NCBI GenBank assembly: GCA_016928155.1
Contig: JAFGLG010000017.1
Span: forward strand, 4,134 to 68,133
Length of the DNA stretch: 64,000 nucleotides
Origin: Candidatus Woesearchaeota archaeon
Lineage (GTDB): Archaea > Nanobdellota > Nanobdellia > Woesearchaeales > JAFGLG01
Direction of reading: 5' to 3'
Shown piece after piece: positions 20,080-28,727 of the stretch. The notes under the pieces are model-generated. The model was given only the letters and a program-made list of their open reading frames with translations. It made no database searches and had not been told where the DNA came from. Every line of letters starts with the position of its first letter. Positions within the stretch are counted from its first letter, which is position 1. A program made the translations under genes and the position numbers.

Positions 20080-21541
20080 TTTGCTTGGCAATCGGAAATT
20101 GGTTTTTGTGATCATATTGGTATTGTCATCCGTAGTGTTTTCGATGCCGCATCTGCTGAGGGCTTATAAGGACAATTCCGCCCTGGTCGGGCAGGAGCCT
20201 TACTATCATCTCAGGGCAGCTGAACAGATTCTCGGACAGTCATCTGTGGATGATCCATTTGTCGACGATATCTTCATCTCACCTTATGATTGCCTCGTAG
20301 CCTTCTTCCTCATGATCGGGCTTGAAGGTATCATCCTGAGCAGGCTGCTGCCTTTCATGATAGGCATGCTTTTCATGTTCTTTGTCTGTCTGAATCTCAG
20401 GAGGGCTGATTCTGACAATCTGAAGCTGGTCCTTTTTGCAGTATGCATCCTGCTCTCTCCCGGGCTGATTTTCATATTCTCATTCTCGAATGCTCTCTCC
20501 TTGGCCCTCTTATTGTCTGCAATCGGGCTGTATTGCTTCTCATCCCCTTCAAGGGCCGTCAATTATCTGTCTGTAATATGCATTTCTGTCCTGGCATTCT
20601 TCAACATCGCTTACGCTTCGATAATGCTCATGATATTCTTCGTCCATATGATCCGCCAGAGGAGGGGTCATCTTGTGTTCCTGCTCTCTCTTCTTGTTTC
20701 TCTCATGATATTCCATCTCTTCAGCATTCATGTATACCTCCAGTACAACCAGGTGAGCATGCTGTCCTCGGCATCTGTGCTCTCCCAGCTGGTGTCTGAT
20801 TTCGGGAGCTTCAAGGGTTTTGGCATATATAACCTGATACTTGCTGTCATAGGCCTCTTTGTTTCCTGGAAAGATAAGTTCAGATATATCTGGGCTTATG
20901 TCCTCCTTTTCTTCCTGATATTCTATTATCCGAGCACAGGCATGGATCTCCTCATACCCGCCGGCATCATCATTGCCATCTTCGCTGGCTTAGGACTCAA
21001 CAGCCTGGTGAGGCTTGATTGGCAGATATCCAAGATCAGGGATCTGACCATCATAATCGTCTTCTGCGGCCTCATCTTTTCATCTTTTTCCCTGGTGAAC
21101 AGGGTGAGCTCATTTTATCCTGATGATGATTATGTCGAGGCTTCATCTTTCCTTTCAGGCTCTGGTGTCGTCCTGAGCCATTTCTCTAATGCGCATATCA
21201 TAGGATATTATTCCGGTCTTCCTGTCCTGCCGGATCCGCTTATTGCATATGGCGGTTCAGATGCGGATGCCATATATCATGACATAGATACCATCTTCAG
21301 CTCCTCTGATCTTGACGATACTAAGAGGATGCTGTATAAGTATGATGTGAAGTATATCTTCATCGATTCCCGCATGGACCAGGGCCTGGTATGGGAGAAG
21401 GAGAATCAGGGCCTGCGGTTCTTGTTCAGGAATGATGAGACGTTCAGCAGGGTCTTTGCCAATGATGGCATTGAGATCTGGGAAGTGCTGGATGCAAGGC
21501 CTGAATGGGTCGGTTTTGAGTTGATTGATGATGAATCTTGA
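20063..21541 (+). CDS. polytopic membrane protein, paralog of the upstream GT-C-like protein
   Basis: Similar topology and a shared PYY-containing first loop. Overlaps the upstream gene by 17 nt. Confidence 0.3.
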   Translation: MARKNDLLGNRKLVFVIILVLSSVVFSMPHLLRAYKDNSALVGQEPYYHLRAAEQILGQSSVDDPFVDDIFISPYDCLVAFFLMIGLEGIILSRLLPFMIGMLFMFFVCLNLRRADSDNLKLVLFAVCILLSPGLIFIFSFSNALSLALLLSAIGLYCFSSPSRAVNYLSVICISVLAFFNIAYASIMLMIFFVHMIRQRRGHLVFLLSLLVSLMIFHLFSIHVYLQYNQVSMLSSASVLSQLVSDFGSFKGFGIYNLILAVIGLFVSWKDKFRYIWAYVLLFFLIFYYPSTGMDLLIPAGIIIAIFAGLGLNSLVRLDWQISKIRDLTIIIVFCGLIFSSFSLVNRVSSFYPDDDYVEASSFLSGSGVVLSHFSNAHIIGYYSGLPVLPDPLIAYGGSDADAIYHDIDTIFSSSDLDDTKRMLYKYDVKYIFIDSRMDQGLVWEKENQGLRFLFRNDETFSRVFANDGIEIWEVLDARPEWVGFELIDDES

Positions 21542-22772
21542 TTTCGGGACAGTGCTTGTGTATGTGATGTCATACTTTGGCCTGTTCACTGCCATCTTCT
21601 TCCTGATAACATTGTATGAGAACAGGGGGGGCCTGAAGAATCCTGTAAATGGCAGGTTTCCTGTCGTCACTATTGCTGTGCCTGCTTTCAATGAGCAGAG
21701 CACTCTCAGACGTACCATCGAGTCCCTTCTTGCTCTTGATTATCCGAGGAAGAAGCTTGACATCATAGTCATCAATGACGGCTCCACTGACAGCACGCTG
21801 GAGGTCGCAAATTTGTATAGGAAGCAGGGGGTCAGGGTTTTCTCTAAGATGAATGGAGGCAAGGGGACTGCGCTTAATCTGGCATTGAAGAAGGCAAGAG
21901 GTGAGCTCTTCGGGGCTCTGGACGCTGATTCCTGGGTTGAGCCCGGCGCATTGAAGAAGATCGTGGGATATTTCAATGATCCGAAGATAATGGCTGTCAC
22001 CCCGTCCATGAAGATAGGTGATCCCCAGTCTTTGCTGCAGAAGATACAGTCCATTGAGTATCTTTTCGGCATCTTCCTGAGGAAGATTTTCGCTTTCCTG
22101 AACAGCATCCATGTCACGCCCGGCCCTTTTTCTATCTTCAGGAAATCATTTTTTGATAGGTATGGCGGTTATTCGACCCACAATCTCACAGAGGACATTG
22201 AAGTGGCGCTCAGGATCCAGAGCCATGGCTATATCATCGAGAACTCTGCTGACGCATGCGTCTATACAAAGGGCCCGAAGAGGTTCAGGCCTCTCCTGAG
22301 GCAGAGGCTGAGATGGTATAAGGGCTTCCTTGATAATCTGATGGATTACAGGCAGCTTTTTGGTTTCAGGCATGGCAATCTTGGCATCTTCATCCTGCCT
22401 GGCTCCCTGATTTCTGTCGGCCTGGCTGTCATCCTTTTGGTCTATACCTTTGGGAAGCTCATCAGGGATTCTTTCACTACGCTGAGGAATTGGTATTATA
22501 TAGGATTTGATCTGAAGGAGATGCTCAAGCCAAATTTCGATCTCTTCTACTTTAATCTCAATGCTGTTGTCTATCTTGCAGTGTTCCTTCTCATCCTGGG
22601 TCTGTCAATGATTTATATAGCAAAGAGCATGTCGGATGAGAAGTCAAAGATCAAGTGGATTTATTTGTCTTATATAGTGTTTTATATGCCCCTCTTTGGT
22701 TTCTGGTGGCTTGTTTCCCTCATTTATAAGGCGACTGGCAGGAAGATAAAGTGGGGGCCAAAATATATTTAA
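21525..22772 (+). CDS. GT2 family processive glycosyltransferase (membrane-embedded synthase-like)
   Basis: VTIAVPAFNE, IVINDGSTDST, DAD, QRLRW (QxxRW), with flanking transmembrane helices. Confidence 0.75.
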   Translation: MMMNLDFGTVLVYVMSYFGLFTAIFFLITLYENRGGLKNPVNGRFPVVTIAVPAFNEQSTLRRTIESLLALDYPRKKLDIIVINDGSTDSTLEVANLYRKQGVRVFSKMNGGKGTALNLALKKARGELFGALDADSWVEPGALKKIVGYFNDPKIMAVTPSMKIGDPQSLLQKIQSIEYLFGIFLRKIFAFLNSIHVTPGPFSIFRKSFFDRYGGYSTHNLTEDIEVALRIQSHGYIIENSADACVYTKGPKRFRPLLRQRLRWYKGFLDNLMDYRQLFGFRHGNLGIFILPGSLISVGLAVILLVYTFGKLIRDSFTTLRNWYYIGFDLKEMLKPNFDLFYFNLNAVVYLAVFLLILGLSMIYIAKSMSDEKSKIKWIYLSYIVFYMPLFGFWWLVSLIYKATGRKIKWGPKYI

Positions 22773-22790
22773 AATAGGTGGGTTCCCCTC

Positions 22791-23498
22791 ATGGGCATGG
22801 ATAGGAAAAGGGTTCAGAAGACGAAGTATCTTGCTGTTTTTGCTACCACCACGCTCATATTTCTGATTGGCATCCTTGTGGGCAATTATTTCGCTGGACT
22901 CAAGCTGGAGACTGTGGATGACATTGAGAATCAGCTGAAGGTCGATACTTTGAGCACTGAGCTCCAGTTCGATCTCTTTGCTGAATTGGCTTGCGAGAAC
23001 ATCAACTCAACTCCTTTGATCAATGAGCTCCACGAGCTTGGCACTAAGCTGGATCATATGGAGAACATCCTTGGTAAGAAGAGCAGGGAAGTCCTGCATC
23101 TTAAGGATTATTATTCCGTGCTTGAGCTGCGTCAGTGGATGCTTGAGAAGCGGATAAATGAGAGATGCGGCAAGGACAGCATCCTGATCCTTTATTTCTA
23201 CTCGAATGATGAGGACATCTGTGATGATTGCGAAGAACAGGGCTTCATCTTGACTTATATAAGGAAGAATTTCTTCAATGTGAATGTGTACTCTTTTGAT
23301 GTCGACTCTGACAATGCTGCTGTCGATGCTGTCAAGACCATATACGGGGTCAATTCTGTTCCGACCATTATGATCAACAGCCAGAAGTTCGAGGGTTTCA
23401 CAGAGAAGGAAGTCATTGCTGGGACAATAGAGGCTCTGCGGAATCCTGATAACCAGACACAGGCTGTATCTGATTCATCATTCAGCAGGATCAGCTGA
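22791..23498 (+). CDS. membrane-anchored thioredoxin-fold protein with CDDC (CxxC) motif
   Basis: N-terminal transmembrane helix. ILYFYSNDEDICDDCEE followed by a cis-Pro-like SVPTIMIN. Confidence 0.4.
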   Translation: MGMDRKRVQKTKYLAVFATTTLIFLIGILVGNYFAGLKLETVDDIENQLKVDTLSTELQFDLFAELACENINSTPLINELHELGTKLDHMENILGKKSREVLHLKDYYSVLELRQWMLEKRINERCGKDSILILYFYSNDEDICDDCEEQGFILTYIRKNFFNVNVYSFDVDSDNAAVDAVKTIYGVNSVPTIMINSQKFEGFTEKEVIAGTIEALRNPDNQTQAVSDSSFSRIS

Positions 23499-24878
23499 TG
23501 AATAGACATAAGCGGACATGCCGCAGTCATTTGTGAAGCTCTTCTCCATCCTAATCAGTTCTGACTCATCAAGCACGCTCTTGTCAAATGGCACATTATC
23601 GTATGTCGAATAGACAATGTATTTCACATTGTATTTCTGGAGCAGCATCGTGATGTTCTCTGTCCACAGGCTTGCTGCATGCGCGTTGTTGTAATAGCCG
23701 AACCATGGCCATGAGTTTGAGAGCACCCATTCCTCAGTTCCCAGCTCTCCTATATGGTCTGATGCCTGCTCGATCGGCCCATTGGTCCTGCACCACCCTC
23801 TCTCCATGATAAGGTCTATTGTCGGTATGGCATAGGCCGCTGAAATGAAGACCAGTATTATGATCATCGCCCTGAATTGCTTTCTTTTTGCGCTCTGCAT
23901 CCATGATTCCATTTCATCTATTGCCTTGAAGGCGAAAAGCAGTATAAATGGCATGATTGCCAGAAGATACCTCTCCAGCTTCATGTTTACAAAGAAGATA
24001 TAGTACGAGAGTGAGATGATCAGGAATATGAAAGCTATCATGGATGTCTCTGTCTTTCTTTGCCTGTATCCATGCAGTCTGTTGACGAAGATGAATAGGC
24101 TGAGCAGGAAGAATATTGACAGCACATGGAAGTTCTTTGCGAAGTTCCAGAAGAAAATGCTGATCGGCTGCCACGTTGTGTATATATCAACAACACTGTA
24201 CTGTGCTGTGAAATCCCAGAGGGGATTCCCATAATTTAGGGAGTTGTATATCATCCATGGTATCAGGGATAGCGCTATCCCTGCAAAGTATGATAACAGC
24301 ATTCTTATTTTGTATTTTTCAAAGAATATCCTAAGGATTAGATATGCCGTGACTGAAGCGCCGAACAATGCAAGAGGGAACCTGAACAGGAATGCGATGC
24401 CTGCACAAGCTCCTGCTCCGAGAATCAGGTATATGCTTTGGCTTTTTCTTTCCTTGATCATGAGATAATAGCTGAGAAGCACGAACAGCATGCCGGCGAT
24501 ATCCCCATATACCCTGAAGCTCCAGGTCAATAGTATTGGCGTCAAGAATGATATCAATAGGAAATAGGTATGATTTTCTGGGTTTAGCTCTTCTTTGATT
24601 ATCAGATAGAACACATACAGCATTGCCAGTGTATAGGCTATCATGAGCAGTTTTGCTGCAGCTAGGCTCTCGCCTGTGATCATCCAGATGCCTGCTATTG
24701 TGTATTCGAGCAGCGGGAACCTGAAGTCCTCTGCAAAATTTGACACGCCTATCCTGGCTCTCGCATTGCCGAGATATACATTCTCATCCCAGATGAGTCC
24801 CGGGTATTGCTGCCAGAGCCATATGTAGAATATCACGGACAGGACAAATATCCCGGCTATCACTGCCTTTTTTTTCAT
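23478..24878 (-). CDS. GT-C family glycosyltransferase (PMT/ArnT-like, GT39/GT83)
   Basis: About 12 transmembrane helices. The first loop YPGLIWDENVYLGNARA carries the DE motif. C-terminal soluble domain. Confidence 0.5.
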   Translation of the reverse strand: MKKKAVIAGIFVLSVIFYIWLWQQYPGLIWDENVYLGNARARIGVSNFAEDFRFPLLEYTIAGIWMITGESLAAAKLLMIAYTLAMLYVFYLIIKEELNPENHTYFLLISFLTPILLTWSFRVYGDIAGMLFVLLSYYLMIKERKSQSIYLILGAGACAGIAFLFRFPLALFGASVTAYLILRIFFEKYKIRMLLSYFAGIALSLIPWMIYNSLNYGNPLWDFTAQYSVVDIYTTWQPISIFFWNFAKNFHVLSIFFLLSLFIFVNRLHGYRQRKTETSMIAFIFLIISLSYYIFFVNMKLERYLLAIMPFILLFAFKAIDEMESWMQSAKRKQFRAMIIILVFISAAYAIPTIDLIMERGWCRTNGPIEQASDHIGELGTEEWVLSNSWPWFGYYNNAHAASLWTENITMLLQKYNVKYIVYSTYDNVPFDKSVLDESELIRMEKSFTNDCGMSAYVYSSADPAE

Positions 24879-24905
24879 TTTGCTATTTCTTATTCGCTTT
24901 TTTTG

Positions 24906-25373
24906 CTATTTCTTCTTCACTTTGATGACGTCGCCGAGCGTGAATCCCTCTCCTGACTCAGATGCTTTTGCTGTTCCCCTGACTTCCTCGTGCTGGTCGA
25001 TGATCTTCACTCCCAGATATTTCTCGAACTTCCTGGCAAGTTCCATGCCTGGCTTGAAATGCCCTGACTCGACTTTATGTATCAGGCTTTCTCTCTCTGC
25101 CATCACCTTTGCCAGCTCTTCCTGCTTGAGTCCTCGTTTCTCTCTTCCCTTCTTGACTATCTCTGCATATTCTGGGATTATGTATTGGACGATTTCTTTG
25201 TTTGGAGCAGGAGTCGCCCTTTGTTTTGCGATGCTTGGGGGTAGTCTCTCAGCTCTTCTCGGCTGTTCTATCACCTTGCCATACCTTGCACAGGCATCGC
25301 ATACGCTTAGCATTGTCCCTTCTATCTCTGCCTTGACAAGTTCTGTATCATTCCCGCACATGTCGCATTGCAT
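24906..25373 (-). CDS. archaeal multiprotein-bridging-factor-1-like protein (zinc ribbon + XRE HTH)
   Basis: MQCDMCG...CDAC zinc ribbon. C-terminal helix-turn-helix GLKQEELAKVMAERESLIHKVESG. Confidence 0.65.
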   Translation of the reverse strand: MQCDMCGNDTELVKAEIEGTMLSVCDACARYGKVIEQPRRAERLPPSIAKQRATPAPNKEIVQYIIPEYAEIVKKGREKRGLKQEELAKVMAERESLIHKVESGHFKPGMELARKFEKYLGVKIIDQHEEVRGTAKASESGEGFTLGDVIKVKKK

Positions 25374-25499
25374 GATTTCACCCTTGTATGATTTTTGTGA
25401 TTCAGCTTAGAAATCTCCGGTTTTATCTTCAATCATCTCATCAATCCCCAGAATACCAGTATCAGCCACCTTTATAAATATTACCCCAATGATTTAGGT

Positions 25500-25913
25500 T
25501 TATGGCAAGTCCAGCTTATTTTCAATAGCTGCACTCAATGTCTTGATGTACAATAATGCCTGCACTTGGATGCCTTTCCAGTCTTTTTCATATATGGGAT
25601 TGCCGTAGTAATGGATGCCATTTCTCTTTGTCCTGAATCTTTCGAAGAAGCTCCAGTCAAGGTCAAGTTCTGGATGCTTGACACAGAGATATGCAAAGAG
25701 GCATTGGTGATTGATGGATCTGACTTTTTCAAATAGGAGATAAGTTGCTGCGAGGGTGCGCAATATATCATAGTAAAGCTTTAATCCTGTATTCCAGTTC
25801 TTGCTGAATATTGCCTGTTCAGCAACTTCTGTATCTCCTTTAGTGATTTCTATGTTTGTCATGATCTTGCCGAAGTCAACCTGTTCCAGATAGACTAAGT
25901 ACCTGTCTGACAT
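25500..25913 (-). CDS. HEPN-domain protein, partner of the adjacent nucleotidyltransferase
   Basis: Rx4-6H motif RTKRNGIHYYG. The start is placed at an internal Met so the gene begins 8 nt after the upstream stop. The track ORF extends to 25997. Confidence 0.45.
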   Translation of the reverse strand: MSDRYLVYLEQVDFGKIMTNIEITKGDTEVAEQAIFSKNWNTGLKLYYDILRTLAATYLLFEKVRSINHQCLFAYLCVKHPELDLDWSFFERFRTKRNGIHYYGNPIYEKDWKGIQVQALLYIKTLSAAIENKLDLP

Positions 25914-25920
25914 GCATCTT

Positions 25921-26487
25921 TTATGCACCTCTTCTTTGCTTCTGAAGTTCGACATATGCTGAGACCTCTTGAGGTATTGTACCTTTGACAACAACACCCC
26001 TCAGTACATTGTAGATCACACTACGTCTGAACTTTTTTAATTCTTCCTTGTTTTTTACGGAGAATATCTGGATTTCTCGACGGAGTTTCGATTCATATTG
26101 TTGGAGGTTGATTTCGCCATCTCCATAGATGAAGATATCAATATCACTTCCGAAATACCAATCGCTCCTGGCAAAACTTCCAAACAGGATTGCGCATTCC
26201 ACATCTGCAAGATCATCAAGGATTCCGCAACTGCACAACTGATTCATTGCATATATCCTCTTCCTCAGTTTGTAGTTTCCATCCTCATGATTGCTGACAT
26301 AGTAAGGCATCTTGCCTTTTTCTTTTGTGCGCGTGATGATCTTCTCTTCCTGGAATCTCTTGAGCCATTTTGCTAGTTTGCTTTCTGCAATCCTGATTTC
26401 CTTGTTCAGTTCGCAGAAATGCCAGTGCTTTGCTGGGTTTTCAAAGAATAATCTCAATACATCCTCTTCCTTGCTATGCCTTCCCAT
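25921..26487 (-). CDS. minimal nucleotidyltransferase (MNT) with N-terminal winged helix
   Basis: ILFGSFARSDWYFGSDIDIFIY matches the GSx(n)SDxD nucleotidyltransferase signature. Confidence 0.6.
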   Translation of the reverse strand: MGRHSKEEDVLRLFFENPAKHWHFCELNKEIRIAESKLAKWLKRFQEEKIITRTKEKGKMPYYVSNHEDGNYKLRKRIYAMNQLCSCGILDDLADVECAILFGSFARSDWYFGSDIDIFIYGDGEINLQQYESKLRREIQIFSVKNKEELKKFRRSVIYNVLRGVVVKGTIPQEVSAYVELQKQRRGA

Positions 26488-26600
26488 ATTACTACCCTTA
26501 AAGGGAAGTATTATTTAAATCTTACCAATAGTTTATATGATAATTTATATAAAAGAGAAGCGATTAGATGATGTATCACACTCAAAGGGGGTGCCATAAC

Positions 26601-26975
26601 ATGGCCAAAAAAGAGGTCGAGATAAAAGCAAAAGGTGATAATTCATTCGCATTCTTATCAATCGTTGCCATAATAGCAATAGTCGCATTAGTGGTTCTGG
26701 TGACAGGAGTAGGAAAGAGACAGGCAATGCCCACCTATGTCACAACAGGGGTTGAAGGTGGAGATTTGGTTGGGCAGCCGATTGCTGAAGTGGGAGAAGA
26801 ACAAGCACCAAATAGACCACTAACAAAAGTTGATCCGCATACTGATACTGGATGTGAAGTGGTTGATAACTGGTGGCCGATTCCTGATACATGTAAAGCA
26901 AGACAAGGGAGTAATTGTCAGACTTGTTATTTTGATTCAGGCGGGAACTGCAAATGTAAAGAATTCCCTGGTTAA
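26601..26975 (+). CDS. small Cys-rich membrane-anchored or secreted protein
   Basis: Transmembrane segment FAFLSIVAIIAIVALVVLV. C-terminal CEVVDNWW...CKARQGSNCQTCYFDSGGNCKCKE. The start is ambiguous between 26568 and 26601. Confidence 0.3.
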   Translation: MAKKEVEIKAKGDNSFAFLSIVAIIAIVALVVLVTGVGKRQAMPTYVTTGVEGGDLVGQPIAEVGEEQAPNRPLTKVDPHTDTGCEVVDNWWPIPDTCKARQGSNCQTCYFDSGGNCKCKEFPG

Positions 26976-27035
26976 ACTAGTATTTTCTCATTTTTACTTT
27001 GATTTTCATCTTTATGTATTATCATGATAGCCAGA

Positions 27036-27075
27036 ATCCCAGAATAAGCCAGATATCTTAGTGATCTCTTCATGG
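27036..27075. repeat. left direct repeat flanking the Bro-N cassette
   Basis: atcccagaataagccagatatcttagtgatctcttcatgg. Confidence 0.6.
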
Positions 27076-27181
27076 TGGGGGGTAGGTTGGCAGGTTTTTA
27101 AAGGTTGCTTTATCTTTTTTCCGGAAATCCACTGGTCATTTCGGAGTGAAATATATAAACCATTAAATTATTAGTAAGTTT

Positions 27182-28021
27182 ATGGATAAAGATAATGCTT
27201 TGGTTGTTTTCCAGGACAGGAGAATCCGTAGGATTTGGCATCAGGACCAGTGGTTTTTCTCAGTCATTGATGTCGTTCAGGCTTTGACTGACAGCTCTAA
27301 TCCAAGGAATTACTGGAGTATGCTTAAGAAAAGGGAATCTGAATATGAAATTGACTTGTCCACATTTTGTGTACAACTGAAGCTGCTCTCTGCAGATGGC
27401 AAGTATTATAAGACAGATTGCGCAAATGTAAAAGCGCTTTTTAGGATTATACAATCAATTCCCTCAAAAAAAGCTGAGCCTTTCAAGCTGTGGCTCGCAC
27501 AAGTGGGATATGAACGAATTCAGGAGATAGAGGATCCAGAGCTTGCTCAAGAGCGTATGAAAGAGCTTTATGAGCAGAAAGGTTACTCGAAGGCATGGAT
27601 AGAAAAACGCCTTAGGGGAATTGCTGTTAGGCAGGATCTGACTGATGAATGGAAAAAACGTGGAGTTGATAGCCAAATCGGTTTCTCAATATTGACAGCA
27701 GAGATATCCAAAGCAACTTTTGGCATGACCCCATCTGAATATAGACTATTCAAGAATTTGAAAAATGAGAACCTGAGGGATCACATGACCGACTTGGAAC
27801 TGATCCTCAATATGTTGGGAGAAGCATCGACAGCTGAACTAGAACGGGTTCATGATCCAAATACTTTTTCTGAGCATAAACAGGTTTCTAGAGATGGAGG
27901 AAAAGTTGCAGGAAAGGCAAGGCAAGAATTAGAGAACAAGACTAAGAAACAAGTTATTAGCGAGGAAAATTATCTTGACGAGCCTGAAAAAGTAAAAAGG
28001 AAGAAACTCCCGAAAGAGTAA
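27182..28021 (+). CDS. Bro-N/KilA-N domain protein with RhuM/antirepressor-like C-terminal region
   Basis: N-terminus VVFQDRRIRRIWHQDQWFFSVIDVVQAL is Bro-N-like. The downstream segment LTDEWKKRGV...NLRDHMTDLELILN is conserved. Confidence 0.5.
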   Translation: MDKDNALVVFQDRRIRRIWHQDQWFFSVIDVVQALTDSSNPRNYWSMLKKRESEYEIDLSTFCVQLKLLSADGKYYKTDCANVKALFRIIQSIPSKKAEPFKLWLAQVGYERIQEIEDPELAQERMKELYEQKGYSKAWIEKRLRGIAVRQDLTDEWKKRGVDSQIGFSILTAEISKATFGMTPSEYRLFKNLKNENLRDHMTDLELILNMLGEASTAELERVHDPNTFSEHKQVSRDGGKVAGKARQELENKTKKQVISEENYLDEPEKVKRKKLPKE

Positions 28022-28057
28022 GTTAAAATTTATTATATCCCTATCCCGGCTGCCAAT

Positions 28058-28097
28058 ATCCCAGAATAAGCCAGATATCTTAGCGATTTCTTCATGT
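28058..28097. repeat. right direct repeat flanking the Bro-N cassette
   Basis: atcccagaataagccagatatcttagcgatttcttcatgtt. Matches the left copy at about 36 of 40 positions. Confidence 0.6.
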
Positions 28098-28145
28098 TTT
28101 GTGGGATTATTATATCTTAATAAAGTTTTCAGAAAAAAAAAATGA

Positions 28146-28301
28146 AGCGCGGAGAGGGACTTTCGGCGCCTTGGCGTTGAAAGTAAGCCACGCCAGTGGC
28201 TGCACTCGAACCCCCGAATGATCGCTGTCTGTTTTATATCATCGCCGAAGCTCAATACAGCAATCTGCAGGCGATTGCCTTAGCCGCTTGGCTACCCGCG
28301 C
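28146..28301 (-). tRNA. tRNA-Cys(GCA) with three predicted introns (anticodon, variable region, T-loop)
   Basis: On the minus strand the acceptor stem is GCGCGGG/TCCGCGC with discriminator U73. D-loop residues A14, G18, G19 and A21 are present. Anticodon stem is ATCGC/GCGAT with loop CTGCAGA (G37), split by 18 nt. T-stem is GGGGG/CCCTC with loop TTCGAGT, split by 45 nt. A further 25 nt sit between the anticodon and T arms. Confidence 0.45.
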
Positions 28302-28394
28302 TTGATGCGGCTAATCCTGTGTGAATTCTTGACCTTTATAAATATTATCTACTGAATCGCCTGATTCTGCGCCCCTTTCACTCTATAACCATTG

Positions 28395-28470
28395 AAAATA
28401 CAAGAGGTCCTGGCCAGATTCGCACAGCGAATCTGGATAAACCAGGATATGATCCCTTGAATTTTCCAGC
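28395..28470. repeat. extended-hairpin repeat element, copy 1
   Basis: CCTGG(tttat)CCAGATTCGC-aca-GCGAATCTGG..CCAGG, followed by ATCCCTTGAATTTTC. Confidence 0.55.
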
Positions 28471-28524
28471 TAAGAACACTGCAAGGCAAAGGATTAAGAG
28501 AACAAGTACAGAACCAAAAAAAAA

Positions 28525-28662
28525 CGCGCCTAGAGGGACTTTCAGGGCACTGAAAGTTCGCAACTTCAGTTGCCGCATTTGAACCCTCGATCTACAGCTC
28601 TCTTTGCTTCTATATCCAAAGCATAGAAGGCTGTCGCCCTATCCAGGCTAGGCTATAGGCGC
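28525..28662 (-). tRNA. tRNA-Arg(UCU) with two predicted introns (anticodon, T-loop)
   Basis: On the minus strand the acceptor stem is GCGCCTA/TAGGCGC with discriminator G. Anticodon stem is ACAGC/GCTGT with loop CTTCTA(A), split by a 24-nt intron. That intron contains TATAGAAG, which can pair with the anticodon loop. T-stem is GAGGG/CCCTC with loop TTCAAAT, split by 39 nt ending in GAAAGT. Confidence 0.5.
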
Positions 28663-28727
28663 ATCTGTGATAATGATAAAATACACCATTTTTAAATGTT
28701 CTGCTAAACTTTATATAAGAAACCCTA

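Noticed and set aside
18463-21541. Calling the two polytopic proteins AglB/STT3 oligosaccharyltransferases.
   Set aside because: There is no WWDYG motif and no clear DxD/DK motifs. They are kept as generic GT-C-like candidates.
25914-25997. N-terminal extension of the HEPN ORF, which would overlap the nucleotidyltransferase gene by 77 nt.
   Set aside because: The internal Met gives a tidy 8-nt spacing after the upstream stop. The extension has no conserved residues.
26976-27075. A 33-aa minus-strand peptide (MKRSLRYLAYSGILAIMIIHKDENQSKNEKILV), and its 20-aa twin at 28040..28099, considered as real genes.
   Set aside because: They are too short and are truncated differently in the two copies. 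They are better explained as duplicated 5' fragments created by the cassette insertion.
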